This document shows positions 59,288 to 64,000 of a stretch of DNA of 64,000 bases, in pieces (the stretch's first letter is position 1; each line of letters begins with the position of its first letter). This stretch comes from Nitrosopumilaceae archaeon (GTDB lineage Archaea > Thermoproteota > Nitrososphaeria > Nitrososphaerales > Nitrosopumilaceae). The notes under the pieces were generated by a model. The model was not told the origin of the DNA, made no database searches, and worked only from the letters and a program-made list of their open reading frames with translations. The stretch covers positions 2,272,001-2,336,000 of the forward strand of contig CBDCCK010000002.1 of assembly GCA_965214835.1 (NCBI GenBank), read 5' to 3'. The position numbers and the translations under genes were made by a program.

Positions 59288-59707
59288 CGTACGGACTGCA
59301 TATTATCAGCTTCTTGATCGGTTTTACAGGCTCACTCAACATCCAGCATCCTCATGATCTCGCGCCCGGCCCAGTCCATCACCTTTGCGGCGATCCTTTT
59401 TGGCTAGCCGGTGCCGCCCTCTGCCGGCCTGAGCGGCTGCGACCTCGTCTGCCTGTGTGCCTCCAGCTTGTCTGCGTCTATGACGGCCTTGAGATCCTTC
59501 AGCATAATGCGGTACAGATTATCTCCGAAGCTTCTGGGCATGGGAAAGAAGACCCGCCGCGGATGCATGCAGCGGCCACGCCGTATGACCGGGATGTGGC
59601 AAACTCTATCAGCCGGAATGTCGCAGCCGCCGACAGGCGTCCGTCCTATCGTTAGGCACCAACTAGATTATACAATCATCAGGTTTGCCACATTGAAGTA
59701 TCCCCTT

Positions 59708-60862
59708 CTAATTCAAACGTGTAAGATTCTTTGGTAGCATACCCTTATTCATATCTGACACAGCATGAATGGATGAAAATTGCATGCTGATCGCATCTAT
59801 TTTGGCCATGTTACATAGCAACTTCTTCATGCCCTCAGTTAATGACTCCATGCGTTGATCAAAGAAGTCACTACCGATATCCATTATTATCGAACCTCGA
59901 ACCTTTTCATAATCACCCAGACCAATATCATGTTTGTCAATTCGATCTATTGCCTCTTTGGCAAAATACTGGATGAAAAATGGATATTGATCGGCATCGT
60001 CTATAATCAAAGAAATCAGATCGTCTGAAAATGTCCAGTATGTTTTTTCCAGTGGTTTGGTTATGGCCTCCTTTGATGCCGGTTTTGTCAGATTGGAGAT
60101 TTGTAGGAACTTGAACATTCTTTCAGAATAGGATCGTGCATTTTTGACGTTGATTGACATAGGCAAGCCAGACAGAACAAGGGAGTACCTAAAGCCCTTG
60201 GCCTGCACCTGATTTATTGCCCAATAAAGGCCGAAAGCGTATACCATCCGTTTTGTTTCATGTTCTGGATTGTATGAAATTCGTCTAACAGAAACACTGC
60301 GCCTTCATAGTTTTCCCGTACAAACTTTGATTTTTTGATCAAATAGTCTGCAATCTGATCCTCCACCGGTGCATTGGAATCCGGGTTGCAAGAGGGCTCG
60401 TAGGATATCACTCCTAGAATCCCTATGTTTTTTGACTTTAGATAGCTGACAGCTGATTGGATCTTTCCCTTGGTTCTTTCCGTCTTTGAAAATTCCTAGA
60501 TTGCAGTGTCAGGATCATGCCTTATTGTCTTGAAAAATTCTGTCGGATCAGAGTGCTGTTCGCTGTACTGCAGACGCAGTATGGGCAAAAATCCCTTATC
60601 GGTACAAATCTCTGCAAACTTATTCAGCAGTACAGTCTTTCCCATACCCCTGATGCCCTGCATCAGCAGGTTTCCAACCTTCCCTGCTTTGACGTCTTTG
60701 GATTCCAGCTGGCCGCGGTGGCCTTTGGAACTGCATCAGCAGGTTTCCAACCTTCCCTGCTTTGACGTCACGCAGTATGTGAGAGAACTTGTCAATCTCA
60801 TGGTCACGCCCTGCCAGATATGGCGGCATGAGTCCAGATCCTAGATTAAACGGATTGTGCAT
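59708..60862 (-). pseudogene. Archaeal ATPase (AAA/STAND-like) pseudogene
   Basis: NPF...PPYLAGRD, Walker A GIRGMGKT (restored when the 73-bp insertion is removed), Walker B FLLDEFH and YPFFIQ. Also an internal TAG and a frameshift. Confidence 0.85.
60658..60769. repeat. Repeat-spacer-repeat unit: two identical 39-bp direct repeats around a 34-bp pyrG-derived insert
   Basis: CTGCATCAGCAGGTTTCCAACCTTCCCTGCTTTGACGTC at 60658-60696 and 60731-60769. Bases 60696-60730 are the exact reverse complement of 20664-20698. Confidence 0.9.
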
Positions 60863-61098
60863 GCTTTCTGTTGTGCTCTGCCTAGATAAGCTTGTGAATC
60901 CCTGGTTTGTGTGGGGTGGCGTCCCCTGCCTGCCATGTATGAAAATCATAAATCCGCGCCTAGCCGGTCGGGGACAGGCGACACCGCACCTTGCTTTCCA
61001 AGCAATGCCTAAATACCCCCACAGTAGCGATCAGATATATCGGGAGACCGGTCTCCCCTTGAGGACACCCCCCTCAGTTCCCGGTCTCTTGATTATCC

Positions 61099-61932
61099 TT
61101 ATACTATCCTTTCAAACTCGGCTAGCTTGTCTTTGATTTGATCCTTTGTCTTGCCTGATATTTTCTTGGGATCAAACAACCCCTCCCTTGTGTTATTTTT
61201 GACAAACTCCAAATCAAACGTGCAGAGGCATCCCTCCTCTCCGGTTACCAGTCTTGCATCGTCAATTAGGACAGAGCTTGTCTGGTACGTCTCCACAAGC
61301 AGACTGTCCAGCTCGTCAAACAGATCCTGCTTCTTTTTTGCCATCCTCTGAAAATCCTCGTCGGCCGAGTCATGGATTTCGGAATAAATTTTCTCCCGCA
61401 GGCTGTCATTTTCAAACAAGACCTCAAATAACCTCTCGTGATCCAGATCCGCATATCCTGACTCCCTTAGCCGGTTCAACACGAACTGATCGCTTTGATC
61501 CGCCAGTGCGGCCTCTCTTTTCTTTGTCACATCCATTATTTCTGACAGTTCTTTTTGTGCCTCCACGACCCTGTGATCCGTCCTATAGTACAGCAAGACA
61601 TGGAATTGAATCGAGACGTGTCCTGAAAGCAAATAGTTGCCGACCTTGGTCTCAAACTTTGCAAAAATCCTCCTTATATCCTCATTGTTTGTGGTTGTAA
61701 GATCCTGCACCGACCACCCCTCAAGCTTTTGGATGATTCCCTTAAAGTAGCCCTGGACCAGGCCGGGATCAAACGTCATCTGCTCCGTTACCGTGGCGTC
61801 CCCCAGCATGACCTTTAGAGGAACCGATCTCGTGTGCACCTTCATCCTCGCAACGAACCCTTCCTGAATCCTTTCATTCAGATCGCCTAGCTCGGACATG
61901 AAGGCATCGGAGGATCTGCTGCCTATCCGCAT
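61099..61932 (-). CDS. Conserved hypothetical protein
   Basis: Clean 277-aa ORF with host-like codon use. Confidence 0.8.
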   Translation of the reverse strand: MRIGSRSSDAFMSELGDLNERIQEGFVARMKVHTRSVPLKVMLGDATVTEQMTFDPGLVQGYFKGIIQKLEGWSVQDLTTTNNEDIRRIFAKFETKVGNYLLSGHVSIQFHVLLYYRTDHRVVEAQKELSEIMDVTKKREAALADQSDQFVLNRLRESGYADLDHERLFEVLFENDSLREKIYSEIHDSADEDFQRMAKKKQDLFDELDSLLVETYQTSSVLIDDARLVTGEEGCLCTFDLEFVKNNTREGLFDPKKISGKTKDQIKDKLAEFERIV

Positions 61933-62007
61933 GGCCTGAATCTGATCACTCCCACATTAAACCTTGAGCATCCTATCTTAAATATGCCAAAATCGTATCA
62001 TGGGTGT

Positions 62008-62124
62008 ATGAGCAAGATGCTGTGCAATAACTGCAATGGCGATCTGACCGAGTATTATCACCACGGATACGGGGGAAGGCGGGGAAAATGCCCCGACTGC
62101 AAGGTTGATTTCCCCCTAGAATAG
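62008..62124 (+). CDS. Small Zn-ribbon protein (not in the ORF track)
   Basis: Manual translation MSKMLCNNCNGDLTEYYHHGYGGRRGKCPDCKVDFPLE. Confidence 0.75.
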   Translation: MSKMLCNNCNGDLTEYYHHGYGGRRGKCPDCKVDFPLE

Positions 62125-62125
62125 G

Positions 62126-62929
62126 GTGATTGTCATGGGTGATTCTGAAGAGCGTCCAATTCCAACCGGAAGAGACGCCCCCGACGTGGTAGACATGATG
62201 CTGGGCAAAAAGGACGGCACGGTAGTTGATCACGATACCATGATACAGGAAACCCAGACCAGGGTGTGGGGGGCACTGAAAAAGGGATACGAGTATGCCG
62301 GCCCCACGGATAACTCCGAGGAGTTTCTCCGGAAGAACGTATTCAAAAGAATCCAGATGGTTTCCCTGTATGTGGATCTGGTTGGCTCCACCCAGATGAC
62401 ACTGGAGCTGCCAAGCGAAAAAATCGCGATAATCATCAGCTCGTTTGCCCAGGAGATGGCATCTGTCGTGCACCAGCACGAGGGCTATGTCCTAAAGTTT
62501 GTGGGAGATGCCGTGATCGGGTATTTTGTTGCCGAGAAGAACTCGCTGCGCGCCGCAGACAATGCCGTAAACTGTGCAAAATCCATGATTACCGTAATAG
62601 AGAAGGGAATCAACCCGATCCTGAACCAGTATGACTATCCTGATCTGCTGGTAAAGATCGGCATAGACTATGGACAAAACATCATTGTTCGGTATGGCGC
62701 AGATGCCGAGCAGTCCCATGTGGATGTCATGGGGCCTGCAATGAATATCGCAGCCAAGATCCAAGGCATGGCAAAGCCAAACCAAATCCTGATCGGGGAT
62801 GACGTCTTTGCAAGGCTGCATCCTGAGACCCAGAAGGAGTTCAGGCTGATTGAATGGAAGAACAACGAATGGCGGTATCGCTCAAGGGTTACTGGCCAAA
62901 TTTACCCCGTCTACGAACACCTGCCTTAG
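62126..62929 (+). CDS. Class III adenylate/guanylate cyclase
   Basis: Motifs YVDLVGST, KFVGDA, KIGID.G and DVMGPAMNIAAK. Confidence 0.92.
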   Translation: MIVMGDSEERPIPTGRDAPDVVDMMLGKKDGTVVDHDTMIQETQTRVWGALKKGYEYAGPTDNSEEFLRKNVFKRIQMVSLYVDLVGSTQMTLELPSEKIAIIISSFAQEMASVVHQHEGYVLKFVGDAVIGYFVAEKNSLRAADNAVNCAKSMITVIEKGINPILNQYDYPDLLVKIGIDYGQNIIVRYGADAEQSHVDVMGPAMNIAAKIQGMAKPNQILIGDDVFARLHPETQKEFRLIEWKNNEWRYRSRVTGQIYPVYEHLP

Positions 62930-63072
62930 ACGGTAAACCTATCCGGACACTCAACGTGCTCATAGTGGTGTTCGGTGAGCTTTTCCCTGACCACATAGAT
63001 CACAATCTTGTGTAGATCCGTGTACTTGATCTCCTTTTTGCACCTTGTGCAGTGCTTCTTTGTTTGGGCCAT
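62926..63072 (-). CDS. Small Zn-finger-like protein (not in the ORF track)
   Basis: Manual translation MAQTKKHCTRCKKEI...YEHVECPDRFTV (CxxC...HxxC). Confidence 0.7.
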   Translation of the reverse strand: MAQTKKHCTRCKKEIKYTDLHKIVIYVVREKLTEHHYEHVECPDRFTV

Positions 63073-63269
63073 TTGCGTAACTGCGATCAAAATGCCCTGT
63101 AGTATAAGGATCTGCGATCAGCTGTTTTTAACAAAAAATGACTCCAAGCTAGCTCTTGGGGTATATCTAGTGAATGCAATCAGCAGTCTGTTGCACGATC
63201 CTGGTTTTAGGCACGAAAGACCGGTAGCCTTTACGCGTCCAGACACGGCCATGCAAGACTGCTGTTTCC

Positions 63270-64000
63270 CAGTGACGGAAATGTATCCCCTTTAAATACA
63301 CCTGACAGACGGCAGCATAAAAAAACCCACCAAAAATGTAAGCAAATCTCTTACCATCACAGGCGGGGGCAGAATCAAGTTCTACAAACAGCATAACGTG
63401 CTATACGGACTGCCCCTAGTTTGTGATGGTTCTGGCCTCCATGTGCAGATCGGGCCAGACTGCTACAGGGGCGGTGCTGGAGTTCGAAGACAGTGAGAAT
63501 CTGCCCATTGCCAGATGGTTTCACGGGAAGGTCAGAACCGCGGGCCTTGACGGGACAAGGGAGATCTGCGCTGACATGGTGAAGACTGCAATCAAGGCTA
63601 CCAAAAAGGGCGGCATTCACAAAAAAGGCCCGGTCATGATTGCAATAGACCAGGCACGAGATACCTAGATACGACAAGGACAACATAAAGTACCTGATAA
63701 GATCAAAGCCCAAAAAGGGAACAAGCAGGTTCGAGGCGATGCGACCATGCAGGCAGTCGATTCCCCTGTCAACGCCACGCTCGGATGCATTCTGCTCGCA
63801 AGGGGGGGGATTTTGACGCCGACTTCGTGCGTAAATTCGTGGATATTCTCAGGAAATTAAACACAAGGCAGCGCCTTTTTCTACCGGATCGGGAGTTCTA
63901 CTCGGTCGACATAATGACAGAAATGCGCCATGCAAGAAAAGTTTTTGATGCCTGCAGTCAAGAACATCTCTATTGCCTTTTTTACGGTGATGGCACACGA
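63270..64000 (+). pseudogene. Degenerate ISH3-family element
   Basis: TIR-like CAGTGACGGAAATGTATCCCC. Frameshifted fragments IAID, PRYDK, DREFYSVD and FLMPAVK resemble the 57778-59025 transposase. Confidence 0.8.

Noticed and set aside
60658-60769. Calling this a bona fide CRISPR array
   Set aside because: There are only two repeats, the repeat is ordinary ATPase coding sequence, and there is no evident leader or cas gene nearby. It is reported as a CRISPR-like integration scar instead.
61041-61090. Hairpin GGGAGACCGG...CCGGTCTCT
   Set aside because: It is short and single-copy in this window. It may be a terminator-like palindrome, but support is insufficient.

Overview
This 64 kb window comes from an ammonia-oxidising archaeon of Nitrososphaerota (Nitrosopumilaceae-like). 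The evidence is S25e, S26e, Alba, Rpo6, aRF1, archaeal ThrRS, PurP, a PEFG-CTERM-type protein and thaumarchaeal surface-protein domains. The heavy load of IS elements, MITEs and pseudogenes suggests a host-associated lineage (inference). Housekeeping blocks are dys-thrS-speB, pyrG, trpEGDCBA without trpF, rlmN, ilvD, aRF1, cbtBA, phnDCE and purP. They are interspersed with three intact ISH3-type elements, an IS630, an IS5/ISL2-type element, IS66, IS110, IS630 and ISH3 remnants, and at least four MITE families. A decayed island at about 25.0-34.3 kb carries two type IV TA-like (AbiE-like) modules, and in both only the toxin gene is hit by an IS. The most striking observation is at 60658-60769. 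There a 34-35 bp segment identical to the cell's own pyrG gene (20664-20698, preceded by TTC) sits between two identical 38-39 bp target duplications with an internal palindrome, inside an ATPase gene. This repeat-spacer-repeat unit looks like an ectopic CRISPR spacer-acquisition event. No rRNA, tRNA, cas genes or multi-spacer CRISPR array were recognised. All coordinates were read by eye and may be off by a few bases.
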